From the NCBI GenBank assembly GCA_008632985.1, contig QPGO01000195.1, positions 62,001 to 126,000 of the forward strand: DNA of 64,000 bases, in the 5' to 3' direction. Under the pieces are notes generated by a model. The model ran no database searches and was not told where the DNA came from. It was given only the letters and a program-made list of their open reading frames with translations. Origin of the DNA: Psammoneis japonica. Lineage: Eukaryota. Shown in pieces: positions 13,441 through 24,799 of the stretch (position 1 is its first letter; each line of letters opens with the position of its first letter). The translations under genes and the position numbers were made by a program.

Positions 13441-14763
13441 TAGGCTCCACGGAGCCAAGTTGCCGATTGCCGCCCACAACTGCAAATGCGGCATTGCACA
13501 TGTTTTGTTGTGCATCGATGCTCTGAACCTGTCCACAGTTGTGGATTGAAAGGACTCTCAGGCGAATCTAAGCCCCAGGCAGCAGCCACTAATGGGCTGT
13601 GTAATTTTTAAGAATTGAATTGAATTGAATGGGCTGCTGTTAGAGAGCCCCACCAGTGCCGGCACGTAAAATTTGACTTGTGTTGTGTGCGTCAAAGCAC
13701 AGGGGTCGAACGAAGGCGCACCGGGTGCAGTGCGTGCCGCGCGTTCAGGAGAATTCTGAAGCTCGGACCTCGACAATTTTCATTTCGGTTGCCGTAAAGC
13801 TTACGCAGGAATTAGTAACATTTCTGAATGTGCTGAGTTCGAATGTACATTCTACACACAAAGTCATGGCATTAATTCTACGAAGGCACACAAAAATGAC
13901 AGTGATTGAGAAATTTAGCAACGGTCATGTCTCACTCAGAATCTCTCGGAAATTCTTTCGCGCTTTGCAATCACAACTCGTCGTCTCGCACGATGTGTTT
14001 GTTGTTCGCCAAGCCGGAAGCCGTAATCTCCGAGGATGGCTCGCCCTTCCTCTGGATTGAGAGCTCGCTCTTGTTTGGCATTCCACAACTCATTTTGCTT
14101 GATGGCGTGTTGTCTCTAGGTGGCGTAGGTGTTGCCAGTTAAGTCCAGAGGTCGGGGCAAATCGAGTGCGTCTCTCCGGCCTTGAGTCCATGTCACTCTC
14201 GTGTCTTTGAGCGTAGGAAGTTGCCTGTTCGCTTGACCCGTCAGGTCACGGCTGTTGAAACAGACAGCAGCGTTCGTCTGTGAAGCAGCAAAAGCTCGCC
14301 AAGCAGATCATGCCGTTGACGGAATGCGGGTTTGGGGTTCCGTCGTATCAGCATGACATGATACGGTAAGTCTTCACTCGCAGGGAGTGTTGATTTAGAA
14401 CGCGGTTGACTCGCAAGTTTTCTTGTTGTCTCCGTAGTACGTCCCCCCTTTTACATTTTTTAGAGTGATATTTTTCACTCTGAAGATACGTAAAAGCTGC
14501 GAGCGCCATCTTTTGATGGGGCTCTTGAGGCAACGTTACCCTACGCAACCGATTTCAATAGCTACTTCTGATATTGGTGTGTTTCAAATCGTTGAACCAC
14601 TATTGGAAACGTTTCAAATAGAAGCAGAAAGACTAAAAGTACAATGTAGCAATCTTTATTTGCGTGTAAGTTAATTCCGTACGTACGTCAATAGACTACG
14701 AAGGCGGTCGTAGCTCTCGGATCAGCATGAAGAGCAGAGCTGTCAAGAAGCTCAATTAAAGCT

Positions 14764-17700
14764 CTAAACCATTCGCGAGAAATGGCGAAGAAGACAAAGT
14801 GAATGCTGCATCTTATTCCGAAGAGCATCGGATGCCGATTGTTGAGCGACGCGCAGCGCTGAAACGGTTTCTAGGAGATGATGTCGTTGTTTCTTCTGGC
14901 GTTCTTCGTCTTCATCGAAACCTTTAGTTTCATCCAGCTTGTTGTCTTGCTTGTCTTTCCTTACAGAGTCGTCTATTCCTGCAACTGTATTAGTGTGCAA
15001 ATAGAGGAATCGATGTAAATAAGCATTGGTCGTTTCGTAGTCCTCGCGAGATTTGCACGCCTCTAGAAGCCACATTGAAGCCAGACAGAGAAGTGGCAAC
15101 CCCTCGTCCAAATCATGCATGCCATTGCAAAGAGTTGAAAGTGCGATATCAATAGCCGACGGTCCTAAGCCTGCCATATAGTCTGTAACCGACTGAAATC
15201 GACGACAGCCGTCGTCCTCATGAGAAAGTCGCCGGCTGTGGCAATCTTGTAACAATCTTGCAAGGTGAGATCGAAAATGCGTAACTTTCATTTTCTTCTT
15301 GTTCGGAGCTAGAGCCAGCCATTCTTCATCCTCCTCTTTCTCTTCTGCCTCGGCTTTCTTTTTCGATCCAAATGCCTTCTCATCCATGTCGTCATCATCT
15401 GACCAAGCCGCTTCCCATTCTCCTTCTTTGCCTCCAGATTCCGTATCCATGTCTTTGGGTACGGCGCTTTCCTCCGGTGTACTCGCAGCACCACCCATGT
15501 CTTGCCCCCCTCGAAACTGCAAGAAGAAGGGCGCCGCAGGTGGTTTCTTGGGCGCTTCCTTGGGCTTGTTACGTTCCTTCACAAGTTCCAAATGAAACAG
15601 ATTCTTCCAGTGAGACGGTGGTAGTCCGCTCAACGTTATTAACCCTTCCTCTTTGGGGATCGTTGGTCCGTGCTCTTTGCTAGTGCTAGCCGAAGCTTCT
15701 CCGCGTTCTCCTTCCGGTTTGAATTCTTCTGCCGTTTGGTCACTTGCTAGGACTACCGCCGTGTCCTGCTGCTCTGCAAAAGGAACGGGCTGGTTCATTA
15801 GCGCCGGTGCTGTGGGATTCCTACCACCATTCACATGAATCGTTTGGTAAAAACTCTTGTCACTCCACAGTGATATCCCCAACTGACTGGAATGGGTTGT
15901 AGCAAACATCTCACCAGTGGGACTTGTAGCTAAACTTGTTGGAGGCGACTCAAAAGCTAGCCAATCCACACATGTATTGGTTGGGACGTCCCAGACACGC
16001 ACTGTTCCGTCCAAACTAGATGTCAGCAAAGTTCGCCCATCCGGTGTAAAGTCCAACCCGGATATCTGGCCCGTGTGGTGACAATCGTCATTTCCTCCAA
16101 ATCGTCGAACAATCGACAGGGCCACACAGTCAAACAAAAGTACAGTATAATCATAAAGCGCAATTGCTGCAAGATCCGAGGCCCGAACATGACGCAACTT
16201 GGTGGCTGCACAGGGTAACATAAAGGGAGATTTCTTGTGTGGGGCATGCGTTTTAAAATGCCACAAGGTCAACTTGGAATCCATCCCAACGGAAACAACT
16301 GTTTTGTTGAGAGAGTCCACAGCCAAGCCAGTGACATCCATGTCGTGCGCTGCCACGTTTAGGCGCTTTTGCTGGTGTAGCAATTGCGCCTTTTCCTTGT
16401 CTTGATCCTCCTGTTTCTTTGCTTTTGTCACCTTGGCACTCTTCTCCAATGCCCGCATAGTTCGATTGATATCGCCCGCATGCGCGTGTCTTCTCTTTGG
16501 CTCATTCGCGCTTTGGTTCTTTGGAGGGTACGATCCTCGTGGAATACCGGATTGCACATTGTACTTGTAGACGACACCACTACGCGTGCCAACAAGACAA
16601 TAGTTGCCACAGGCTGACAAACAAACCGCAGTCGCATGAGTTGCAGGCGGTGGTTGCACTTGCATAGCACTGACATTCCAATCCGGCTGTCTCAAGACGG
16701 GTCCGGATTGAGCACCACGACGGGTGTTCCATACATAGGCATGGGCATGGTGCTGGTGGATAGTCACGGCATCTCCCCAATCACGGCTCTTGGCATTGCA
16801 AATGACCATGTCCACAATAGGCGGCAGGAGCAAGTCTGCCGCGGCAACGCCAAACTTTTTCGCCTTCTTTGCCAATCCTTGCCCCTGACTGAACTCTCGA
16901 TCCAGCACGGAACGCGCAGATGAAAAGGATCGGAGCGTACGATCGTTTCCACCGCCACTCAGTAACTGACAGACACTCGCATCCGTACCATCCATCATGT
17001 TTTGATGCAATAGCTCCGTGCTCCTGTACAAGTATTGAATGCATGAAGGTGGTTCAGTATGTCCCGCTCGTTGTCGCAACAATCTTCCCGAATGATTTGG
17101 ATTGTCAAACACGTGCTGTTTGATGGAATTGCTCTTGATGCCGCTCGAAAGCAAAAGAGGTTCTTGCGGTAGATAATCAAGGCGAGACACACCTCCCGGA
17201 TGAACCCCCGTCATTTCACACAAGAGCGCTCTCGTCGGTATTGCTTCAGCTCCCATATCTTCCTCGTCATTATCATTTTCATTTTGATCCTTGGGAGTCA
17301 AATCCCATATACTAATCGTTCCGTCCGAACGGCCAACCGCAAGTGGTGCAATCCCATAACGCATGGCTGAACCATCTGTGCGAAAGGACAGGGAGGTAAT
17401 TGCTGAAGTATGATGAAGCGAAAATAACAGCGCATCGTGCTTGATGTTGACGAGATGAACCATTCCCGAATTAGTTCCAACCGCAACCGTGTCCATGGCT
17501 GGGGATTGTTCCAGCGCGGAAATGGCTGCAACTCTTTCAAGACAAGCAAAGTCGTGAATGATCTTGCGAGAGCGCACATTGATCAAGATGAGCTTTCCCA
17601 GGCTTGATCCCACCAAAATCTTGTTGACATAGGTCGATGGGTGCATTGCAATAGTGGGAGTTCCAAAATCTTGTGGTAGCATAGTACGATTCATAATTTG

Positions 17701-18596
17701 TAGGGAAGTTCGACCCGCCAATATCAATACAACTTGCCCACTGGATGGTTCATAACCGTCACTGGTTGAGACAGACTCGTCGTCTTCATCACTACTGCTA
17801 CTGCTGCTGCTGCTATCATTATCTTCCTCACTGCTGCTATCACCAAGAACGGGTACCATGTTTGGAGCCTGATTGCTGGAGCGTGTTTGTTTTTGCTGCT
17901 TGGATACAATCACGGCAAGCACCTTGGTGTTTTCTTTTCGCCCCGTCTCACTACGCATCATTTGAACACGACCCAAGTCTACCATATCAACAATGGAATG
18001 CGACTTGGAGGAGGAATGGTTCGATGATAATACCTTTACTGTATCAATCGGTCGTGTTCTGGAATAAAGCGTTACATGGACTCTGCCATGCACGGCTACT
18101 GTGATTTCCAAACTAGGATCGGATTCCACACAAAGTATGTCATGCGGACCACAGCTTGCGATGCCAGAGTCGGATGCAGTCCATCACACTGAAGCACATG
18201 GAACCGATTCCCAATGGGCAAGGTACAAAAGGACGTTAACGACGATGAACCTGTATGAGTCAAGCAGTACGGCTGACCGCTCGAAATGATTCCCATGGTG
18301 CGATAGGGAGCGTACAGACGAGAGCCTCCGTCTGGAAACGAAGTTGTGGTGCAAGTTGATGTTGAGGTTTTTTCTTTTGTTTTTGATAGAGTAGCAGGAG
18401 CAACAGAGGACGAGTCGTCGTCCGAGTCTTCAGAAGAAGAAGAAGAAACTGGTTTAGGTGCTGGTGGAGGAGCCACTTGTTCTTCAGGCACTTGTTCCGC
18501 TGCTTCGCTATCGCCATCTTCATTCACACTGGGCGACAGTTTTATTGGTTCCTTTGCAGGAGGCTTACTTCGCTTCGAAGATCGTGTTGACACCAT
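14764..18596 (-). CDS. UTP21: U3 snoRNP WD40 protein UTP21/WDR36 (apparent frameshift near 18148)
   Basis: N-terminal SRLYAPYR, HPSTYVNKIL, multiple WD repeats, Utp21 C-terminal ITLSGLPPSHWKNLFHLELVKERNKPKEAPKKPPAAPFFL. Confidence 0.9.
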
Positions 18597-18986
18597 GGTT
18601 TGCTTAATAGATCTATCCTCTCTAGCTAGAGTTGGAACGAGATGAATGAGACGTCTGCGCGGCGGTCTTCCATCATCTTGGCGAGAAAAAAAGCGCGAAA
18701 AAGTTGGGTGGCGCACAATCAGGCTTGCGCGCTCTTTCGCGCGTAGCAATCCCTACGGTACGATTCGCGCGAATAATCGCGCGCAACTGCTTCAGGGCAC
18801 GGCGGTCATTTTCCCTGGCGAGCTCTACGTACAAAATGTACCACACTCTACGTGAGCGTTGCGAGTTGCACGATTTTCTGTCTTGCTCTTTCCTGCCGCA
18901 TTATTCCCGCACGACGATGCTGTTGTGACAGTTATAAAGAGAGTCGGTCTTACGAATCAACATCACAACACAACAACCACACAACC
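18597..18986. promoter_or_regulatory. Bidirectional promoter between UTP21 and syntaxin-5, rich in CGCG/TTTCGCGC motifs
   Basis: Head-to-head genes 390 bp apart; GCGCGAAAA, TTTCGCGCG, TTCGCGCGAA, ATCGCGCGC clustered ~18690-18785. Confidence 0.5.
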
Positions 18987-20280
18987 ATGAGCAGCGACCG
19001 CACTTCTGAGTTTCTATCTGTCGCTCGTGGTCTCAAAGAGTCAGGTTTGACCGTACAGGCCCCTTCTTCTTCATCATCTGCTCCTACTACTCCGGGTCGT
19101 AGCAGCGCGGCGAGTCCCAATGAGGATTTGAGGAATTTTCACAAAATGGCAGCGGCTCTGAGCAAGGACATTGCGGCTACGTCTGCCATGCTGGGAGAAT
19201 TGACTCGTCTGGTTCAATCCAAGTCGCTCTTTGTGGATAACTCGGGTCCCATCAACAATTTAGTCGTTCAAATCAAATCAAATGTGGAGAATCTAAACGG
19301 CAGATTGGAAGAAGCAGACGCCTTTATGAAGAGACAGAAACGACTTTTGAACAATAATCAGAGCTCGCAAGAAGCTGTCAATGTTGTGGGACAGTTGCAG
19401 GAGGAATTCTGTCAAACCACGGCGGGCTTTAAAAAGATTCTGCAGGAGCGAACGGACGCCATCAAGGATGAATCGCAACAGAAACAAATGGTCTATGGAG
19501 GGCACTCGCAAATTACCAAAAAGGACTCGGGCATTAGTTTGGAAAACAAACCGCCTGTCTATGGAGATTCGAGTACTATGGCACAGTCGTCCATGAAGGC
19601 AGCAGCGTTTCCAACCTTGGACTTGACGAGTGGATACGGTGGCATGATGTCGCCGGGGGAATCCACATCGTCGGGAAACGCACTACCCAGGCCGCGTAAG
19701 TCACTGTTGTTACTTATTCTTGTTTATACTGATTGATACTGCTGATGTTGTTTCATGTACATCTCACTTTTTCTCCTTCTATTGATTGCCTTTTACTTCT
19801 TTTGCTTCAGACGGCGCCCGTGCAGATTCGGCGTTTACTCCAAACATGAGGAGCGATTCGCTACCCACCTACTCGGGAGGCACCTCGTCCTATTATGGAA
19901 ATCTCAGTGCACCGTCCTCGACGCCAATGACACCACTGGATATTGCCAGAATGGAACAAGAATCCGGCCAAGAACAAATGATGCAATTGATTCCCGATCA
20001 AGATTACTTGCGCGAACGTGCCGATGCCATGGAGGCGGTGGAGAGCAACATTGTCGAGTTGGGAAAAGTCTTTAATCGACTTGCCACCATGGTGACGGAA
20101 CATCGAGAAATGGTGCGCCGTGTCGAGGACAATGTCGACGATGCCAACACCAACATTACGCTCTCTATGGAAACACTCACGGATACGCTCACGTCGTTAC
20201 GAACCAACAAGGCACTCTTTCTCAAGGTCTTTTCGGTTCTCGTCATTTTTATCATTTTGTTTATTACCTTTTTCGCATAA
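18987..20280 (+). CDS. STX5: Syntaxin-5/Sed5-type Qa-SNARE (intron 19696-19810)
   Basis: N-terminal DRTSEF motif, Habc helices, SNARE motif RADAMEAVESNIVELGKVFNRLATMV, C-terminal TM anchor. Confidence 0.9.
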
Positions 20281-20299
20281 TGGTAGATATCTAATATGG

Positions 20300-20907
20300 T
20301 AATAATAATGATGATGCTCGAATGGCAAAGTAGTAGTAGTTGACTCTACTGAATGAGTTGTTTCAATATTGTTGTACATTCTCATGAAATCTTTGTCCTT
20401 TGTCACATTTCGGCATTCAATGTAAACAATAAGCTGCGACTTCATCTGAGCTCTACACTAGTGATGATGACGCTCAAGGACGAACTATTAGACTAGTTAT
20501 GGTTTTTCTTTTTCTAACCTCCTCTCGTCGCTCGGTACGGTCATCTTTGTTTCAGTACAAAGATTAAAATGCTAAGCTTCGACTTCAAGCGAGCTCTCAT
20601 AATAGTACTAATGATGATGCTCGAATGGCGAAGCAGTAGTAGTTACTCTACTGAAGAAGTCGTTTTCAGTTGTTGTATGTTGCCTTGGTCACACTTCGGC
20701 ATTCAATGTACACACTAAGTTGCTACTTCTAGTGAGCTCTACACTTTCGTGACGATGATCAATGACGAAGCAGTAGTTATGGCATTTGTTTTTCTAACTT
20801 CCTTTCAACATGTATTAAAAATAGTGAAACATACAAAACATCGCTCGGTACGGTCATTTCTGGTTTTAGTACAAAGAATGCTAAGCTTCGACTTCAAGCG
20901 AGCTCTC
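20300..20907. repeat. Diverged tandem duplication (~300-bp units) of a 3' UTR/convergent intergenic region
   Basis: Both units run from AATGATGATGCTCGAATGGC to CTAAGCTTCGACTTCAAGCGAGCTCTC (ending ~20598 and ~20907). Confidence 0.85.
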
Positions 20908-22279
20908 CTCCATAACAGAAGGCGTTTCGTCTTCCGATTGCCCTTTGCTTTCTTTCTTCTTGTGCTTCTTTTTCTTCTTTCGTTTTGTCGCGTCCTTTGT
21001 CTTTTGAATGCCTGCTCCCATGCCATCGCTCATTTTCTGAAACATGTTCCTATCCTTCACTTCTTCCCCTTGTTCGTCAGTTAGTCCTTGCTCGCCGACT
21101 AGTCCTTGCTCCTCATCGGGATAGAGATCCTCCACAGTATCCGGTTGGGGTGGAGCTGGGATTTCCGTCTTGGTGTAGGCATCAAACGTATTTGGATCAG
21201 GAAGCGCAGCAAGAAGTACGCCAACCCTTTCCGTGTACTCTTCCTCCGAGTACTGATCTTTGTACTTCTCAAGTAACGCAAGCTGTTTTTCAATTTCGGC
21301 AAGCTTGGCACGGCGGACGGCAGCAAGGGTAGCGGCTCTTGCCACAGCCGCTTGTCGCTCGTCCACCACTGCCTCTTGCTCGTCCACCACCTCCTGGCCT
21401 TCCTCGATACCTTTATCCGTAACCACCACAACTCCTCCTCCCTTTGCCTGTACCAATAGGGAGAACAAAGGCACATTAGAGAGGTTGAGCACAATTGAAG
21501 TAGTGCGATCGCAAGAAGTCACTCACCTGTACTTCTTCCTCCTCTTCCTCTTCTTCTGCAGTGTTCTCTTCATCTTCTTCTTCGCCTTCTTCCTCTTCAT
21601 CAATGGCTGTCTTGGCACAAACGGCGCACCAGCCATCCTCCTCATCCTTGTCTCTTGCATTCTCCCTCATTCGGATGAAGACTGGTACAGGCTTCGGCAG
21701 GCAGCATGCGAGACAACACGAAAGAAAGAACAAGATACAAGCAGCCGTGCTGACCCATGTCGACGTCGCTGGGCTGCAGGGGAATGGACCGTTCTTAAAA
21801 TTCGGATCGCATACGGGTGCTAAATAGATAAAGAACGTCAAAGCTTGACCGACAAATGCGACGAAGAACGCACAGGAAATCAACAGTCGACTGCAAGGGT
21901 ATCGGCAACAAGTTACTTCGAAAATGATGAGTACCAAGCCCACAATGCCTGCAATCGCTCCCATGTAAGCTCCAACCCTCGCGGCCGTGAACTGGCCAGA
22001 AACCACGTCAAAGTCTTCAGAGATCTCGCGGCAGCCTTCATTGTTTCGGTTGTAACGATAGAGCCCGACCGTGGCAAAGGTGATGTTGAGGGTGTCTGGA
22101 GTCCTGTTATCGTCGACTCCTTCCGGAGGTTCGGTTGGCTCATAATTAATGAATTCACAAGCACCGAGAACGATAATGGAGCAGATCACCGCGCAGACTC
22201 CACAAGTTACATGGAGAACGCGAAGCGTGATTCCTAACCAACCTTCACAGGCGCTCACTTTGCGCTTGGCGCTGCCCAT
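20881..22279 (-). CDS. Four-TM (claudin/tetraspan-like) membrane protein with acidic/coiled C-terminal tail (intron 21526-21448)
   Basis: Four hydrophobic Cys-rich helices, VGLYRY loop; GTGAGT...CAG intron joins ORFs 21476-22279 and 20881-21522 in frame. Confidence 0.75.
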
Positions 22280-22856
22280 GGTTCTTGTTGTTGCAGAGTG
22301 TCTCTATTGTCGCTCTGATTTTTTGTTCTCTCGTGTCGATCTTCGGACTACGTACCGGTAACTTCGCGCACCAGCTGACAGCTCTGACGGGGTGGGTTCT
22401 CGTCCGTTGCACCTTGATCAGAGATCGTGTGGGCGAGTCTTATCTTCAAGTCTCCAGTCTTGAACATGACCAAGATTTCTATAACCTTATTTACATGGCT
22501 GAATAGATTTCATAAATTTTTCGTAAATCTTGGCAGCTGCGCCGCCGCCCGTGTGGCTGGATGCCAGATGCCAGGTCAGCTGGTTGTTCTCTCATCTTTC
22601 TCGATTTGTACCTCTACTCCAGAGAACACTGTACTAGCTAGCTAGTAGTCTAGTTTTCCTACAGGGTAGCCACGTTCTCTACACAGTATATTTGCTGAGA
22701 ACTCACCTGTCAACAATCGCGCTGTTTTCCAGCCATGTTGCTGTCCTGCTGCATGTTTCATCTCTGTCGTTTAACCCCGAAACTCAACTGGGTGCAAATT
22801 AATTTACATTGTGCTATTGCGATAGTATTCATGATTTAACGAGTAAGAACTAGAAC

Positions 22857-23426
22857 TTAAATGCACATGATTTTAACCAACATGAAATGAATCTTCAACC
22901 TCCCCTCGAGCAAAAAGACAAGGAAAAGGAACTGAGCATCGTCAACCGTCTCCATGGGAAGAGTTTCGGGAGCAGCTTCTTCGGTACACGCTTCAGCCTC
23001 TGGTTTCTCATTTCTGTGGAACATTTTGTTTGTAGTGTTGGTGACGCCGGCACCCATTTTCTGAAACACATTCTTTTTCTGGGCTTCTTCGTGTTCCGAA
23101 CCTTCCAGAGGCGTCTCTTCGCCTTCAGGCGTTGCTTCTCCTTCTCTTAAAGAAGCTTCAACTGCAAGTGCCTCTTCTTCCACCTCCTCTGCCGGAGCAA
23201 GCAGGTCCGTCTTGGTGTACGCATCGCACGTAGCCGGATCCGGCAACGCTGACATCAAGTGGTGCACCTTCTCCTTGCACTCTTCCTCTGGCAAATGCTC
23301 CTTGCAGCGCGAGAGGAGATCGAGCTGCTTTTCAATTTCCTCCACCTTTTCGCGACGGAGGGCTTCTAGAGCGTGCGTAACAGCCACCGCTGAGTCTTGA
23401 TCTTGGGGGAGCACTTGGGTTGTCAT
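22857..23426 (-). CDS. Paralog of the C-terminal domain of the 20881-22279 gene, partly TpA-mutated, possible stop read-through
   Basis: EIEKQL..L...K....EEE....V..L..ALPDP.T.DAYTKT and FQKM shared with the neighbour; Tyr replaced by Cys at aligned sites. Confidence 0.65.
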   Translation of the reverse strand: MTTQVLPQDQDSAVAVTHALEALRREKVEEIEKQLDLLSRCKEHLPEEECKEKVHHLMSALPDPATCDAYTKTDLLAPAEEVEEEALAVEASLREGEATPEGEETPLEGSEHEEAQKKNVFQKMGAGVTNTTNKMFHRNEKPEAEACTEEAAPETLPMETVDDAQFLFLVFLLEGRLKIHFMLVKIMCI

Positions 23427-24799
23427 GGTCAATAGATGCGTTGGGGTTCTCGTCGTTTTGTCGTTTTGCGTTGTGACTGCGATCAGTCGCGTGTCGCAAG
23501 TCGCGTGTCACGTCGTTGTTCTTTTTGCTTGCACCGCAAATTCGCGTGGGACAGGTTCTGAGCCTCGTGACAGATGTGGCTTCGACCAACCGGTCTGCGC
23601 CACTTGCTTGGGGGCTGCTTTCTGTCAGTCATCATCGGGAAGAATGCTTGGAAGAAGGTGACAGAGGGCCGAGTGCGCTTCAATGGCAAGCAATGAGGCA
23701 TTTGGTGCTCTGTTGGTGCTCAAAAACAACTTGAAGAGAGGAAGCAGAATGGGTGTGGCCCAAGGGGACTCACGCGCTGGAGGCACAAAAGGGCCAGCCG
23801 CAAGAGAAACAAGGTGATGCCAGGGTTGGACAAAAGAGGGGCTGACCAAGCACCAGGAGTGGGAAAAAGTGGGTTGTTGATGACCAACAAAAGAGCACAG
23901 CAGGAGAGCAAGCTGGGGCAAAAGTTTTGGTCACAAAAGGGGTCAGCTCTGCTGCCACCTCTGTCGGAGCAGGGCACGAGGTGCCAAACAACAACAAAGG
24001 AAGCAACAATTTTGATCACTGCCTGGAGGTGTGGGTGCTTGTACAAGCAACATTGGCATTGCAGCAGCAATCTGTGGCAGTGCTGTGGTGCTCCCAGTGC
24101 ACTGAGATGGGGGCAGATGTGGAGTCGTTGCAAAGATTGCTGTTGTTGACAATTTTGAGAGTTGTTTCTGAGTTGGAACATGTCACCAAGAAAATGTTTG
24201 GATTCACTGAAGAATGGAGCAGAGCCTGCTCCTCATGCTCGCCAGAGGCATGACTTTGAGGGTCAGCCAAGTGCTTGATCTCTGTGATGTGAGGGGGTCA
24301 CTGTGCTTGCAGCAACTTGCAGTTGGAGCGCAGTTGCGTCAACACACACCCATTTGTTGGAGGGAGAGCATCAGCTGTGCTGGCTTGTGCAGTGAAGGCT
24401 TTGTGGTTGCACATCTCATCCTGCAAATTGGGGGAGTCTCATGACACAAGATGTTGTTGGCTGCTCCTGCCATTTTTCAGCACAGCTCATGACATGCGCA
24501 TTCCCCAACGACAAGGTCCGCAAGGTGCTGGGTGTCTCACAACCTGATGACAGGGCACAGGCAGTCTGCCACAGATTGTGCATGCTCGTCAGCATGCCAT
24601 CTTGTGTGCATGCAATGCACCATCACCATCTGTGCAGACAACTCTGGCAGGACCCAAATGACTGTCAGTCCCTCACCTCAAGAACTTTTGCTCCTGTTTG
24701 ACCAGCACCAAGGCGCGCAGTTGTCCTGCTGCACACTGGTGCTCCTTGCACTTGCCATTTTCTCATTTCACCTGGCTTGACATGCAAAATTTGACATGA

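Larger units (their letters stand above)
9172..13631 (+). mobile_element. Non-LTR retrotransposon (APE-type LINE, Ambal/L1-like), internally deleted, degenerate
   Basis: 18-bp target-site duplication GGCTGCTGTTAGAGAGCC at 9154-9171 and 13632-13649; (GAATT)n 3' tail ~13612-13630; ORF1 then APE-domain ORF2. Confidence 0.9.

Noticed and set aside
8175..13631. Alternative genetic code or foreign contaminant DNA
   Set aside because: Neighbouring genes use the standard code, the TSD ties the element to host sequence, and TpA loss is frame-independent and covers non-coding DNA.
13700..14560. Possible minus-strand pseudogene fragment downstream of the LINE
   Set aside because: Protein-like stretches are broken by stops and I recognise no family.
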